From: Microbacterium sp.
GTDB taxonomy: Bacteria; Actinomycetota; Actinomycetes; Actinomycetales; Microbacteriaceae
Reading direction: 5' to 3'
DNA: 64,000 nt
Assembly: GCF_041909575.1 (NCBI RefSeq)
Contig: NZ_JAYRDE010000004.1
Span: 2,748 to 66,747, forward strand
Shown here: in pieces, positions 1-10,220 of the stretch
How the letters are laid out: each line of letters opens with the position of its first letter
Position numbering within the stretch: position 1 is the first letter of the stretch
Made by a program: the position numbers and the translations under genes
The notes under the pieces: generated by a model
What the model was told of the DNA's origin: nothing
What the model saw: the letters and a program-made list of their open reading frames with translations, nothing else
The model's database searches: none

Positions 1-12
1 GAAGGCCGCAGC

Positions 13-384
13 ATGGACTGGAAGATCGAGCTCATCTTCGTGCCGGTGACCGATGTCGACCGCGCCAAGGACTTCTACGTGAAGATCGGGTTCACCGCCG
101 ACCACGATCAGGTCCCCTACGAGGGAGTGCGGTTCGTGCAGCTCACGCCGCCGGGGTCTGCCTGCTCGATCGCGATCGGCGAAGGGCTCGGCATCGATCT
201 CGAACCCGGGCGGCAGAACACCATCCAGGTGGTGGTGCCCGACGCCGACGCGGCTCTCGCCCATCTGCGGGGTTTCGGCGTCGAGGCCGAGGGTGTCCAG
301 GACCTGGGCTGGGGACGCTTCGTCTTCTTCGCCGACCCCGACGGCAACCGCTGGACGCTGCAGGAGCTGCCCGCCCGTTCCTGA
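13..384 (+). CDS. VOC/glyoxalase family protein
   Basis: IELIFVPVTDVDRAKDFY and WGRFVFFADPDGNRWTLQE motifs; 123 aa. Confidence 0.9.
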   Translation: MDWKIELIFVPVTDVDRAKDFYVKIGFTADHDQVPYEGVRFVQLTPPGSACSIAIGEGLGIDLEPGRQNTIQVVVPDADAALAHLRGFGVEAEGVQDLGWGRFVFFADPDGNRWTLQELPARS

Positions 385-468
385 CAGCTCGCCTCGTGGC
401 GCGCGGATTCCGGACGGATCCGCCGCCCCGACCCGGTAGCCTCGTGCTGATTCCAGCGAGGAGCACGC

Positions 469-3357
469 ATGAGCGCCGATCCGGTCACGCCCGCCCCGCC
501 CGACATCGACGAGGCCGCCGCGGCGGCGATCGCCCTCGAGCACTGGGGCATCGTCGCCACCGCGCGGGCACTGGGCAGCCATCAGGACCGCAACTTCCTG
601 CTCGAACCCGCCGACGGGCCGCGGCTGCTCCTCAAGATCGCGAACCCCAGCGTCTCGGCCGCGGAGCTCGAGGCGCAGTCCGCCGCGGCCGCGCTGCTGT
701 CCGAGCGGGCCGGCTGCCGCGCTCCCCGGGCCCGCGCCGCGAGCGACGGCACCACGGCGATCCTCCTCGACGTCGACGGCGTCGCCATGCACGGGCGGGT
801 CCTGGAGTTCCTCGAAGGCGAGACCCTGTCGGGGCACCTCCCCCGGCCCGTCGTCGAGGCGATGGGCGACCTCGCCGCACGGGTCGCGCTCGCCCTCGCG
901 GACCTCGACGCGCCAGCCGCCGAGCGTGTGCACCAGTGGGATCTGCGTCACGCCCGCGCCGTCCTGGACGATCTTCTCCCGTTCGTGGCCGACCCGGCTC
1001 TGCGCGCACGACTGACGGATGCCGCAGCCTCGGCCTGGTCGGTCGTCGACGCCGTCGCGCACGAGCTGCCGACGCAGTTCATCCACGGCGATCTGACCGA
1101 CGACAACGTCGTGACCGGCGACCCCGTCGCCCGCGTGCCCGACGGCGTGATCGACCTCGGCGACCTCAACCGCACCTGGACGGTCGGCGAGCTCGCGATC
1201 ACCGTCTCATCGCTGCTGCACCACGACGGCATCGACCTGCCGGCCGCGATGCGGGCCGTCGCGGCCTACCATCGGCGACGCCCGCTCTCCGACGCCGAGA
1301 CGACGGCACTGTGGCCGCTCCTCGTCGTGCGCGCCGCCACGCTCGTCGCGAGCGCCCATCATGTGCTGGCGACCGACCCCGGAAACGACTACGCCGCCGG
1401 GAACCTCGATCACGAGCTCGCGATCCTCGACGCCGCGACCTCCGTCCCGCTCGAGGTCGCGACGGCGCTCGTCGCGGCGGCGACCGGACGCGCGGCGGAT
1501 CCGCTCGCGCTCCCGCCCGGCCAGGCCCTGCTCCCCCGGCTCGGGCCGGGCGAGGTCGCCGTCGCCGATCTGTCGCCGACGAGCCCGGCGCTGCACGAAG
1601 GACGGTGGCTCGCCGCATCCGCCGAGGCCGACGTGATGAGCGGATGCCTCGGCTCCGCCCGCGTCGTCGTGGCGAGGTTCGGCGAGGCCCGGCTCACACG
1701 CTCACGACCGCTCCACCCCGCCGAGCCGCTCAACGTGGCACTCGGCGTCGAGCTGCTCTTCGGTGGAGCTGAGCGGGTCTCGGCGCCCTGGCCGGGAACG
1801 ATTCAGGCCACGACGCAGGGGGTGCGACTGCGCAGCGGCACGGTCGACCTCGTGCTCGACGGCGTGCGCAGCGCGGTGCCCGACGGCACCGCCGTCCAGG
1901 CCGGCGACCTCGTCGGCGAGGCACAGGGATCGCTGTGGGTCCAGGTCGTCCGCACCGGCGCGGAGGCGCCCCGGTTCGCTCCTCGCAGCCTCGCCGCGGC
2001 CTGGCGCGTGGTCGTCGCCGATGCGGGTGCGCTCGTGCCGGGGCATCCGTCATCGACCGCCGATCCGGACGCCGACGCCGCAGAGCTGCTCGCCCGGCGG
2101 GAGGCCGCGTTCGCCGACGTGCAGGAGCACTACTTCGCCGACCCGCCCGTGATGGTGCGCGGCTGGCGCGAGCACCTCGTCGACGCCGACGGGCGCGTGT
2201 ACCTCGACACCCTCAACAACGTGACCTCGATCGGGCACGCCCACCCGCGTCTGGTCGCCGCCGTCGCGGCCCAGTGGAATCTGCTGAACACGAACTCGCG
2301 CTTCCACTACCCCGCGGTCGTGGAGTTCTCCGAGCGCCTGGCGGGGCTCCTCCCCGACCCGCTGGACACCGTGTTCCTCGTCAACAGCGGCTCCGAGGCC
2401 GTCGACCTCGCCCTGCGGCTCGGCCAGGCGTGGTCGGGGCGCACCGACGTGCTGGCGCTGCAGGAGGCGTACCACGGCTGGACCTACCTCAGCGATGCCG
2501 TCTCGACCTCGGTCGCCGACAACCCCGCCGCGCCGGAGACCCGACCCGCCTGGGTGCACACGCTCCCCGCCCCGAATCCGCTCCGCGGCGCCCACCGCGG
2601 CGCCGACGCGGCGCGCTACGCCCCGGAGGCCGTCGCCGAGATCGACCGGCTGGCCGCCGCGGGAGCGGCACCCGGCGCGTTCATCGCCGAGACGCTCTTC
2701 GGGAACGGCGGCGGCGTGGCCCTTCCCGACGGATACCTCGACGCCGTGTACACCGCGGTCCGCGCCCACGGCGGGCTCGCGATCGCCGACGAGGTGCAGG
2801 TGGGCTACGGCCGGCTCGGCGAGTGGTTCTGGGGTTTCGACCAGCAGGGCGTCGTCCCCGACGTCGTCACCGTCGCCAAGGCGATGGGGAACGGGCATCC
2901 GCTCGGCGCCGTCATCACCACCCGCGAGATCGCCGACCGCTACCGCTCCGGCGGCTATTTCTTCTCGTCAGCGGGAGGGAGCCCCGTGTCGAGCGTCGTC
3001 GGCCTCACCGTGCTCGACGTGATCCGCGACGAGCGCCTGCAGGAGAACGCCCGCGACGTCGGCGGCTACCTCAAGGGGCGGCTCGAGGAGCTCGGGGAGC
3101 GGCATCCGCTCATCGGCGCGGTGCATGGATCGGGTTTCTATCTGGGCCCGGAGCTCGTGCGCGACCGCGCCACGTGGGAGCCCGCCACCGCGGAGACCGC
3201 GGCGATCTGCGTGCGCCTGCGCGAGCTCGGCGTGATCGCCCAGCCCACCGGCGACCACCAGAACATCCTGAAGATCAAGCCGCCGATGTGCTTCACGCGC
3301 GAAAGCGCGGATGCGCTCGTCGCGACGCTCGACCGCGTGCTGACGACCGGCTGGTGA
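469..3357 (+). CDS. Aminoglycoside-phosphotransferase-like kinase fused to class III PLP aminotransferase/phospho-lyase
   Basis: N-terminal HGDLTDDN and DLGD kinase motifs; C-terminal [26 protein letters not shown] motifs; RBS GAGGAG upstream. Confidence 0.9.
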   Translation: MSADPVTPAPPDIDEAAAAAIALEHWGIVATARALGSHQDRNFLLEPADGPRLLLKIANPSVSAAELEAQSAAAALLSERAGCRAPRARAASDGTTAILLDVDGVAMHGRVLEFLEGETLSGHLPRPVVEAMGDLAARVALALADLDAPAAERVHQWDLRHARAVLDDLLPFVADPALRARLTDAAASAWSVVDAVAHELPTQFIHGDLTDDNVVTGDPVARVPDGVIDLGDLNRTWTVGELAITVSSLLHHDGIDLPAAMRAVAAYHRRRPLSDAETTALWPLLVVRAATLVASAHHVLATDPGNDYAAGNLDHELAILDAATSVPLEVATALVAAATGRAADPLALPPGQALLPRLGPGEVAVADLSPTSPALHEGRWLAASAEADVMSGCLGSARVVVARFGEARLTRSRPLHPAEPLNVALGVELLFGGAERVSAPWPGTIQATTQGVRLRSGTVDLVLDGVRSAVPDGTAVQAGDLVGEAQGSLWVQVVRTGAEAPRFAPRSLAAAWRVVVADAGALVPGHPSSTADPDADAAELLARREAAFADVQEHYFADPPVMVRGWREHLVDADGRVYLDTLNNVTSIGHAHPRLVAAVAAQWNLLNTNSRFHYPAVVEFSERLAGLLPDPLDTVFLVNSGSEAVDLALRLGQAWSGRTDVLALQEAYHGWTYLSDAVSTSVADNPAAPETRPAWVHTLPAPNPLRGAHRGADAARYAPEAVAEIDRLAAAGAAPGAFIAETLFGNGGGVALPDGYLDAVYTAVRAHGGLAIADEVQVGYGRLGEWFWGFDQQGVVPDVVTVAKAMGNGHPLGAVITTREIADRYRSGGYFFSSAGGSPVSSVVGLTVLDVIRDERLQENARDVGGYLKGRLEELGERHPLIGAVHGSGFYLGPELVRDRATWEPATAETAAICVRLRELGVIAQPTGDHQNILKIKPPMCFTRESADALVATLDRVLTTGW

Positions 3358-3360
3358 GGG

Positions 3361-3825
3361 TCAGTCGCGGCCGCCGGGTGGCCCGACGATGAGCAGCACG
3401 ACGTAGAGCGCCACGACCGCGAGCGCGATCAGCAGGGCCAGCAGCCACGCGCGCGCCAGGAACCACCGCATCAGGCGGTCGTGCCACGCGGCGTCACGCG
3501 GATCGCCGGTCGCTGTCAGGCGCCACGGCCCGGCCAGGCGCCCCGAGCGGTGCAGCCACAGCTCGGTGGGGATCGTCGCGTACGGGATCACCGCGCTCGC
3601 GATCGCCACGATCGTCGGCCACGCCCCCCAGCGCTGGTTCTTCGCGACGAGCACCGCCGTGGCGCCGTACGAGAGGAACACGAACCCGTGGATGCCGCCG
3701 CCGATCGTCACCGCGACGGCGAGGTCGCTGGTCGCCCGCACGATGAGCCCCGCGATGAGCAGCGTCCACGAGATCGCCTCCGCGACCGCCATGACTCGGA
3801 ACAGGTTCAAGGGCGTGCGGAACAC
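3361..3825 (-). CDS. DUF3817-type membrane protein
   Basis: AVAEAISW...GGIHGFVF...PYAT pattern; hydrophobic helices; RBS GAAGGAG. Confidence 0.75.
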   Translation of the reverse strand: MFRTPLNLFRVMAVAEAISWTLLIAGLIVRATSDLAVAVTIGGGIHGFVFLSYGATAVLVAKNQRWGAWPTIVAIASAVIPYATIPTELWLHRSGRLAGPWRLTATGDPRDAAWHDRLMRWFLARAWLLALLIALAVVALYVVLLIVGPPGGRD

Positions 3826-3894
3826 AGGTCTCCTTCGGGTGTGGATGCCCCCAGCCTACGTTCGTGCGTCGTCGCGTCCTGACCGCCCGATCCG

Positions 3895-3970
3895 GTGAAA
3901 CGGCGGGGAGATTCCGGGGGCAGCGCCGCGGGACCGGCCCGGAAGCGGCCGTTTCTCCCCGCCGTTTCAC
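3895..3970. repeat. Intergenic long inverted repeat (perfect 17-bp arms)
   Basis: GTGAAACGGCGGGGAGA (3895-3911) / TCTCCCCGCCGTTTCAC (3954-3970). Confidence 0.85.
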
Positions 3971-3996
3971 GCCGCGCCGCCCGATACCGTGGGACT

Positions 3997-5106
3997 GTGG
4001 ACTTCTCCCCCGCCGCGCTGCGCCGCTGGCCCGATCTCGAGGGCCCTGATCTTCCGGCCTCGGATGCCGCGGACCGGCTGATCCTCGACGAGTCGGCGGA
4101 CGCGCGCTCCGCCGCAGCGGACGGAGCGATCGCAGTGATCGGCGACGCGTACGGAGCGCTCGCGCTGGGAGCGGCCGCCGACGGCGCGAGCGGCATCCGC
4201 GTGCACCAGGATGCGCTCACCGGCGAGCGCGCACTCGCGGCCAACGCCGAGCGCTTCGGGCTCCAGGTCGCGTTCACGTCGCTGCCGCTCTCGCCCGATG
4301 TGGTGCGCGGGGCGCGAGTCGTGCTGCTGCGACTGCCGCGCTCGCTGGACGCGCTGCGCGACATCGCCGGCCTCGTCGCCGCGCACGCCGACCCGGACGT
4401 CGTCGTCTACGCCGGCGGGCGGCTCAAACACATGACGGTGGCGATGAACGATGTGCTGCGCGAGCACTTCGAGCGGGTCGACGTGACCCACGCGCGCCAG
4501 AAGTCACGCGCGCTCATCGCCCGCGGCCCCCACGACGGCCGCGACCCCGCGCCGCGGCGCGAGCGGCACGACGGACTCGTCGTCTGCGCGTTCGGAGGGG
4601 TCTTCGCGGGGGCGTCCATCGACATCGGCACCCGGCTGCTCCTCGAGCACCTGCCCGTTCCACCGAAGGGGACGGATGCCGCCATCGACCTCGCGTGCGG
4701 CACCGGTGTGGTTGCCGCGACGCTGGCGCTGCGGCATCCGGAGCTGCGCGTGTACGCGTGCGACCAGTCCGCCGCCGCCGTCGCATCGGCGCGCGCCACC
4801 GCGGAGGCGAACGGCGTCGCAGACCGTGTCGAGGTCGTGCGCGACGACATGCTGGCCACGCGCGCCGATGCGTCGGCCGACTTCATCGCGCTCAATCCGC
4901 CGTTCCACGTGGGTGGGGCGATCAGCGAGAGCGTCGCGCCGCGCCTGTTCGCCGACGCCGCTCGCGTGCTGCGGCCGGGGGGCGAACTGTGGACCGTGTG
5001 GAACTCGGCCCTGCACTACCGGCTGGCTCTCGAGCGCCTCGTCGGACCGACGCGTCAGGTCGCGCGCAACACCAAGTTCACCCTGACGGCGTCGACCCGG
5101 CGCTGA
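3997..5106 (+). CDS. Class I SAM-dependent methyltransferase (RlmG/RsmC-like)
   Basis: DLACGTG and NPPFH motifs; start moved to GTG 3997, after the inverted repeat. Confidence 0.85.
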   Translation: MDFSPAALRRWPDLEGPDLPASDAADRLILDESADARSAAADGAIAVIGDAYGALALGAAADGASGIRVHQDALTGERALAANAERFGLQVAFTSLPLSPDVVRGARVVLLRLPRSLDALRDIAGLVAAHADPDVVVYAGGRLKHMTVAMNDVLREHFERVDVTHARQKSRALIARGPHDGRDPAPRRERHDGLVVCAFGGVFAGASIDIGTRLLLEHLPVPPKGTDAAIDLACGTGVVAATLALRHPELRVYACDQSAAAVASARATAEANGVADRVEVVRDDMLATRADASADFIALNPPFHVGGAISESVAPRLFADAARVLRPGGELWTVWNSALHYRLALERLVGPTRQVARNTKFTLTASTRR

Positions 5107-5125
5107 CTCACCGGGCGACCCGGGA

Positions 5126-5740
5126 TCACTCCTCGGGCGCGGTCTCCTCGGCCGGCGGGGCGAACGACACCCACACGCCGTCCGCGCACTGGTAGAACAT
5201 CGGCGCGGACGTGTCGATGTAGATCTCGTCGCCCTGGCAGCTGTCGGGCTCCGGCTCTCCCTCGCCGAGCGAGATCTGCGTGCCGGGATCGCCCTGCTCC
5301 CCCTGCTCGCCCTGCTCGCCGTCCGACCCGGAGGCGCCGGGGGCACCGGTCGCTCCCGTGAGGTTCGCGGCGGCGGACTCGCGGATGTTGCCCACGAGGG
5401 TCCAGTCGTCCTCGAAGAGGTACACGTCGGCCGTCGCGACGTCGATGTACACGTCGCCTTCGTATCCCTTGCCCGATTCGGGCGCACCCGATCCGGCGCG
5501 CACGGACGAGCCCGCCGGCAGGATCTCCTCGAGCGCGGCTTCGTAGTCCTCGGCCGTCGCCGTCTCCTGCACGGTCGGGGTGGGCTCGGCGGCGACCGGG
5601 GTCGTGTCGACCGATCGCGCGAGCCACGATCCGAGGAAGGCGGCGAAGAAGGCGAGGACGACGATCGCGAGGCCGAACCAGATCAGGGTGCCGCGTGAGA
5701 TGGATCCGGGCGCGGCGGGGGGCGGGATGCTGGCGGACAT
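5126..5740 (-). CDS. Membrane-anchored protein with short collagen-like (GXY)8 segment
   Basis: One N-terminal TM helix; GATGAPGASGSDGEQGEQGEQGDPG; start uncertain (5740 or 5791). Confidence 0.75.
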   Translation of the reverse strand: MSASIPPPAAPGSISRGTLIWFGLAIVVLAFFAAFLGSWLARSVDTTPVAAEPTPTVQETATAEDYEAALEEILPAGSSVRAGSGAPESGKGYEGDVYIDVATADVYLFEDDWTLVGNIRESAAANLTGATGAPGASGSDGEQGEQGEQGDPGTQISLGEGEPEPDSCQGDEIYIDTSAPMFYQCADGVWVSFAPPAEETAPEE

Positions 5741-5878
5741 GGGCGAGGCTCCGTTCGACCACTCCCCAGAGTGCCACGGGGGTTTCGGCACGGAGCGGCG
5801 TGACGCTCACTGTAGGGAGGGACGCGGGTGAGCGGCCTCACCCGAGGAGGATGATCCGCCGCCTACCGCGGGTGGGCG

Positions 5879-6262
5879 TCAGCGCGGGCTCCGCGTCGAC
5901 CAGAGGGCCCACGCCACCAGCACCGGCTGGAAGAAGAGGCGCACGAGCCGCTTGCTGTCGCTGTCGAGCCCGAACCCGTCCCGGCGCTTGGCGTACTGCT
6001 CGATGTTGCCGGGGAAGACCGCCACGAAGAAGGCGGCCAGGATCGCCCCCACGCGCCCACGGGACTCGGGGAGGGCGACGAGGGCGGTGCCGAGCATGAT
6101 CTCGGCGACGCCGGAGGCCACCACCACGGCATCCTCGTCTATGACCTTGGTGGCGAGGTCGGGCACCTGCGCCCGGAACTCGCGGCGTGCCCAGAACAGG
6201 TGGCTGATGCCGGCGAAGACCATGGCGGCCGCGAGCGTCCACCGGGCGAGGGTTCTCATCAT
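5879..6262 (-). CDS. DoxX-like membrane protein
   Basis: FAGISHL...SGVAEI...FFVAVFPGN...RLFFQP pattern. Confidence 0.8.
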   Translation of the reverse strand: MMRTLARWTLAAAMVFAGISHLFWARREFRAQVPDLATKVIDEDAVVVASGVAEIMLGTALVALPESRGRVGAILAAFFVAVFPGNIEQYAKRRDGFGLDSDSKRLVRLFFQPVLVAWALWSTRSPR

Positions 6263-6385
6263 GGCCCCACCGTCGCAGAGGATCCCCGGCACCGCGAGCA
6301 CTTGACAGGCCCTACGATCACGCCATGGACTATGCCCGCTGGCAGCGCGTGACCGGATACGAGTAGGGCGGCGGAACCGTCGCCA

Positions 6386-7387
6386 TCAGATCGAGATGGG
6401 CACGACTTCGCCGGAGGCCCGCCCGTCCGCGTGCAAGAGGTGACCGAGGTGCTTCGTCGTCCGCAGCACGACCGACCGGTCCGCGATGCTCACACCGGGC
6501 AGCCGCTCTTCGATGATCGCCTCCATGCGGCCGACGTCCTGCAGCGTCCGCAGCCAGACCGCCATGATCACGTTGTACTCGCCGACCGTGTTCGCCACCA
6601 GACGCACCTCCTCGATGCGGCCGAGCTGCTCCCCGATGCGGCCGGCTATCGCAGCAGGCACCCGCAGGAAGTACCAGGCGTAGATCGGCCACGGCGTGTA
6701 CCGCCGCGCGACATCGACACGGATCGCCAGCCGACCTGATTCCCGCATCTCCGCGATGGCGTCGCGCACTCGTCGCGGGGCCATGCCGAGGCGAGACGCC
6801 AGCTCGGTGACCCCCACGCGCCCGTCGTACGCCAGCTCTGCCGCGATCGCGCTGCGCTGCTCCACCGACATGCGCACGGATGCCGAGGGTGCGCGCCGTT
6901 CCAGGCTCTCAATCCGCGCGACCTCCTGCGACGAGAGCGCGCGGAGGCGCCAGCCCCGGGCATCGCGCACCGTCTCCGAGACCAGATGAGTGCGCATCGC
7001 ACTGACTCCGGTCACGCCCCGGATGCGCTCCAGCGTCCAGATCGCGAGCGCTTCGGCATCCGGAACTGCGAGCGAAAGGAGGATGTCCCTCCCGCCGGCG
7101 GTGAGGTCGATCGTGAACGCCTCAGGGTCGTTCCCGAGCGTCTCGGCCACCGACAGGGTCTCACCAGGGCGGCATTCGATCTCGATGAGGACGAGCATTC
7201 TCGACGCCCCGCCGCCGTAGCCCGTGACGTACACGATGCCCTGCTCGACGAGCCGCGCCCACCGGCGCGACAGCGTCACGGGGTCGACGCCGACGATCGG
7301 GGCGAGGGCTCTCCACGTGGCGCGCGGACTGACCTGCACGGCATGAATGAGGCGCTGATCGACGTCATCCAGGCCAATATCCTGCAT
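6386..7387 (-). CDS. Lrp/AsnC family regulator with tandem HTH-RAM units
   Basis: LDDVDQRLIHAVQVSPRATW HTH, then a second HTH (ELAYDGRVGVTELASRLG) and effector domain; start moved to ATG 7387. Confidence 0.88.
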   Translation of the reverse strand: MQDIGLDDVDQRLIHAVQVSPRATWRALAPIVGVDPVTLSRRWARLVEQGIVYVTGYGGGASRMLVLIEIECRPGETLSVAETLGNDPEAFTIDLTAGGRDILLSLAVPDAEALAIWTLERIRGVTGVSAMRTHLVSETVRDARGWRLRALSSQEVARIESLERRAPSASVRMSVEQRSAIAAELAYDGRVGVTELASRLGMAPRRVRDAIAEMRESGRLAIRVDVARRYTPWPIYAWYFLRVPAAIAGRIGEQLGRIEEVRLVANTVGEYNVIMAVWLRTLQDVGRMEAIIEERLPGVSIADRSVVLRTTKHLGHLLHADGRASGEVVPISI

Positions 7388-7485
7388 TCTGACCAGCTCT
7401 CGGTTCGATTTCCGGCACGCTGACAGGATTCTAGCGCCGCGGTTCTTAGAGTCGCTCACACCCCGATCCGATCTGAGGAGTTCAT

Positions 7486-8979
7486 ATGGCTGTTCCCGCT
7501 CCGCCCGGCACGTCCTCCAGCGGCCGCTCCGCTCTCCGCGGTGCCGTCGGCTTCCTCGTCGTCATGGAACTCGGCTCCGGCATGCTGCAGGGCTGGTACC
7601 CGGTTCTGCTCGGCGCGATCGGCGAGGAGTTCGGCGTCGGCGCCGCGCAGCTCAACTGGGTCAGCGCCGCGTACATGCTGGCGACCGTCGTCTTCGTGCC
7701 GATCCTCGCGAAGCTCGGCGACCGGTACGGACACAAGCGCCTGCTGCTGATCTCGACCGCCCTCGTCGCGCTCGGATCCATCGTCGTCGCGCTCGCACCG
7801 ACGTACGAGATCTTCCTCGTCGGCCGGGCCATCCAGGCCCCACTCGCGGCTTTCCTCCCGCTCGAGTTCGCAATCGTCCGCAACCGCGACGAGAAGTCCG
7901 CGGGTCGATCGATCGGCAAGCTCGTCGGCGCCCTCACGTTCGGCGCCGCGATCGGGGCGCTCGGCGCCGGTCTCCTGTTCGGGGCGATCGGCGACCTCCG
8001 GGCCGTGCTCTGGGTACCCGCGATCTTCCTCCTCATCTGCGTGCCCGTCGTGGCCCTCCTGGTGCCGGAGACCACGGTCCGCGCCGCCGGCAAGACCGAC
8101 TGGCTCGGCGCCTCCCTGCTCGGCATCGGCCTCCTCGCTGCCCTCGGCGGGATCTCGAACGCCTCGGCATGGGGCTGGGCGAACCCGATCACCTGGCTCG
8201 CGATCCTCGGCGGCATCGCCCTGCTCGCTTCGTGGGTCGTGGTCGAGAAGCGCGTCGAGCACCCGCTCATCGATCTTGCGCTGCTCACCCGCGGCGGCAT
8301 CGGCCTGCCGATCATCATCGCCTTCCTGTTCGGCGCGCAGCTGTTCGGCGGTCAGACGGCATCCAGCGTCTACCTGCTCAGCGACCCGGATGCCGTCGGT
8401 TTCGGGCTCGGCTTCACCGCTGCCGCCGTCGGCCTCGTCTCGCTCGCGGCAGCGTTGTCGGCCTTCGTCGCCTCCATCCTGGGAGACCGGGTCGCCGGTC
8501 GGATCGGGGCGAAGGGGGCGATCGTCCTCGGGGGACTCCTCATCGCGGGCAGCTACCTCGCGTTCCTCACCGCGCCGACCGTCGTCGCCGTGCTCGTCGC
8601 CGCCCTGGTGATCGCCGGCCTCGGCAACGGACTGCTCATCTCGGTGCTGCCGACGATCGTCGTCCGCCGCGCCCCGGCCGACTCCGTCGGTATCGCCTCC
8701 GCGCTGTACAACACCTCACGCACGGCGGCCGGTGCGGTCGCGGGTGCGGTGTTCGCCCTCGTGATGGGCAGCTTCCTCATCACCGTCGGCACGGGAGAGG
8801 CCGCAGTCACGACCACGGCGTTTGCCGGATACGCCGCCGTATGGAGCATCTGCGCCGCCGTCGGCATCGCGATCGCCGCCCTCGCCCTGTTCCTCCGAGT
8901 TCCCGCGCCTATGGCTGAGGATCCCGTTCCCGTCCCGGCGGCCACGGCCGACCCCATCCTTGAAGGAGAATCCGCATGA
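7486..8979 (+). CDS. MFS transporter (14-TM, DHA2-like)
   Basis: KLGDRYGHKR motif A; many TM helices; RBS GAGGAG. Confidence 0.92.
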   Translation: MAVPAPPGTSSSGRSALRGAVGFLVVMELGSGMLQGWYPVLLGAIGEEFGVGAAQLNWVSAAYMLATVVFVPILAKLGDRYGHKRLLLISTALVALGSIVVALAPTYEIFLVGRAIQAPLAAFLPLEFAIVRNRDEKSAGRSIGKLVGALTFGAAIGALGAGLLFGAIGDLRAVLWVPAIFLLICVPVVALLVPETTVRAAGKTDWLGASLLGIGLLAALGGISNASAWGWANPITWLAILGGIALLASWVVVEKRVEHPLIDLALLTRGGIGLPIIIAFLFGAQLFGGQTASSVYLLSDPDAVGFGLGFTAAAVGLVSLAAALSAFVASILGDRVAGRIGAKGAIVLGGLLIAGSYLAFLTAPTVVAVLVAALVIAGLGNGLLISVLPTIVVRRAPADSVGIASALYNTSRTAAGAVAGAVFALVMGSFLITVGTGEAAVTTTAFAGYAAVWSICAAVGIAIAALALFLRVPAPMAEDPVPVPAATADPILEGESA

Positions 8980-10220
8980 CCCTCGCCGACCCCGCCACCG
9001 AGACCCTGATCGACCTCACCGAGGCGAAGGAGCGCAGCGCTGAAGCGGTGCGCTCCTGGGAGGAGCGGCTCGTCCAGGTCAGTCACGAGATCCACGCGAA
9101 CCCCGAGATCGCGTTCCAGGAGCACCACGCCGCGGAGCTCGTCGCGGCAGCCCTTCGCGATGCCGGCTTCACGACGACGGTCGGAGCCTTCGGCGTCGAT
9201 ACGGCGATCGAGGCGAGCTTCGGCTCCGGAGAGTTCGTCGTCGCCGTGTGCGCCGAGTACGATGCGCTGCCCCTCATCGGTCACGCGTGCGGGCACAACA
9301 TCATCGCCGCCGCGGGCCTCGGAGCCGCGATCGGCCTCGCCGCCATCGCCGATGAGGCCGGGATCACCGTCAAGCTGCTCGGCACGCCCGCCGAGGAGCA
9401 CGGCGGCGGCAAGGTGCTCATGCTCGAGGGCGGAGCCTGGGAAGACGCGACGGTCTCGCTCATGGTGCACGGCTCCCCCGGTGTCGACCTGCGGTGCGAG
9501 AGCTTCCGGACGCAAGCCGTCGACCGCTTCCAGGTCGTCTACACGGGTCGTCCCGCGCATGCGGCGGCGGCCCCCGACAAGGGTGTGAACGCATTGGATG
9601 CCGCGACTGTGGCGCTCACGGCGATCGGACTGCTGCGACAGCAGCTTCCCGGAACGGTGCGCACGGCGGCGGTGATCACCCAGGGCGGGGAGGTGACGAA
9701 CATCATCCCCGCCCGCACGGTGCTGCAGGCCGAGGTGCGCTCGTTCGATCTCGACGAGCTGCGCGACGCGAAGCGGCGCGTGCTCGCGTGCTTCGAGGCC
9801 GGAGCCCTCGCGTCGGGATGCTCGTGGGAGCAGGAGCGCACCGAGCCCCGCTACGACCCCCTCATCCAGGAACCGCTCCTCGCGGACGCCTGGAACGACG
9901 CCCTCGCCGAGCTCGGCCGCGAGCCGATCCCGTACACCGGCGCGGCCGGCGGCTCCACCGACATGGGCAACGTCTCGCAGGTCGTCCCGTCGATCCATCC
10001 CGGAATCGCGGTCCTCGGGTCGACCGCCGCACCGCACACCGAGGGCTTCGCCGCGGATGCGGCCACGCCCGAGGCCGACCGGGCGGTCATCGATTCCGCG
10101 ATCGGGCTCGCGTGGGCCGCAGCGACGGCAGCGCTCACCCCGCCATCCCGCGCTGAGCTGCTCAGCCGGCAGTCGGCCCGTCCGGTCGGGGCGACGACTC
10201 ACCCGCAGAGTCACGAGTGA
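8976..10220 (+). CDS. M20 family amidohydrolase (Acy1L2/PM20D2-like)
   Basis: HANPEIAFQEH, AEYDALP, GHACGHN, PAEE, GSTDMGNVS; ATGA overlap with MFS. Confidence 0.92.
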   Translation: MTLADPATETLIDLTEAKERSAEAVRSWEERLVQVSHEIHANPEIAFQEHHAAELVAAALRDAGFTTTVGAFGVDTAIEASFGSGEFVVAVCAEYDALPLIGHACGHNIIAAAGLGAAIGLAAIADEAGITVKLLGTPAEEHGGGKVLMLEGGAWEDATVSLMVHGSPGVDLRCESFRTQAVDRFQVVYTGRPAHAAAAPDKGVNALDAATVALTAIGLLRQQLPGTVRTAAVITQGGEVTNIIPARTVLQAEVRSFDLDELRDAKRRVLACFEAGALASGCSWEQERTEPRYDPLIQEPLLADAWNDALAELGREPIPYTGAAGGSTDMGNVSQVVPSIHPGIAVLGSTAAPHTEGFAADAATPEADRAVIDSAIGLAWAAATAALTPPSRAELLSRQSARPVGATTHPQSHE

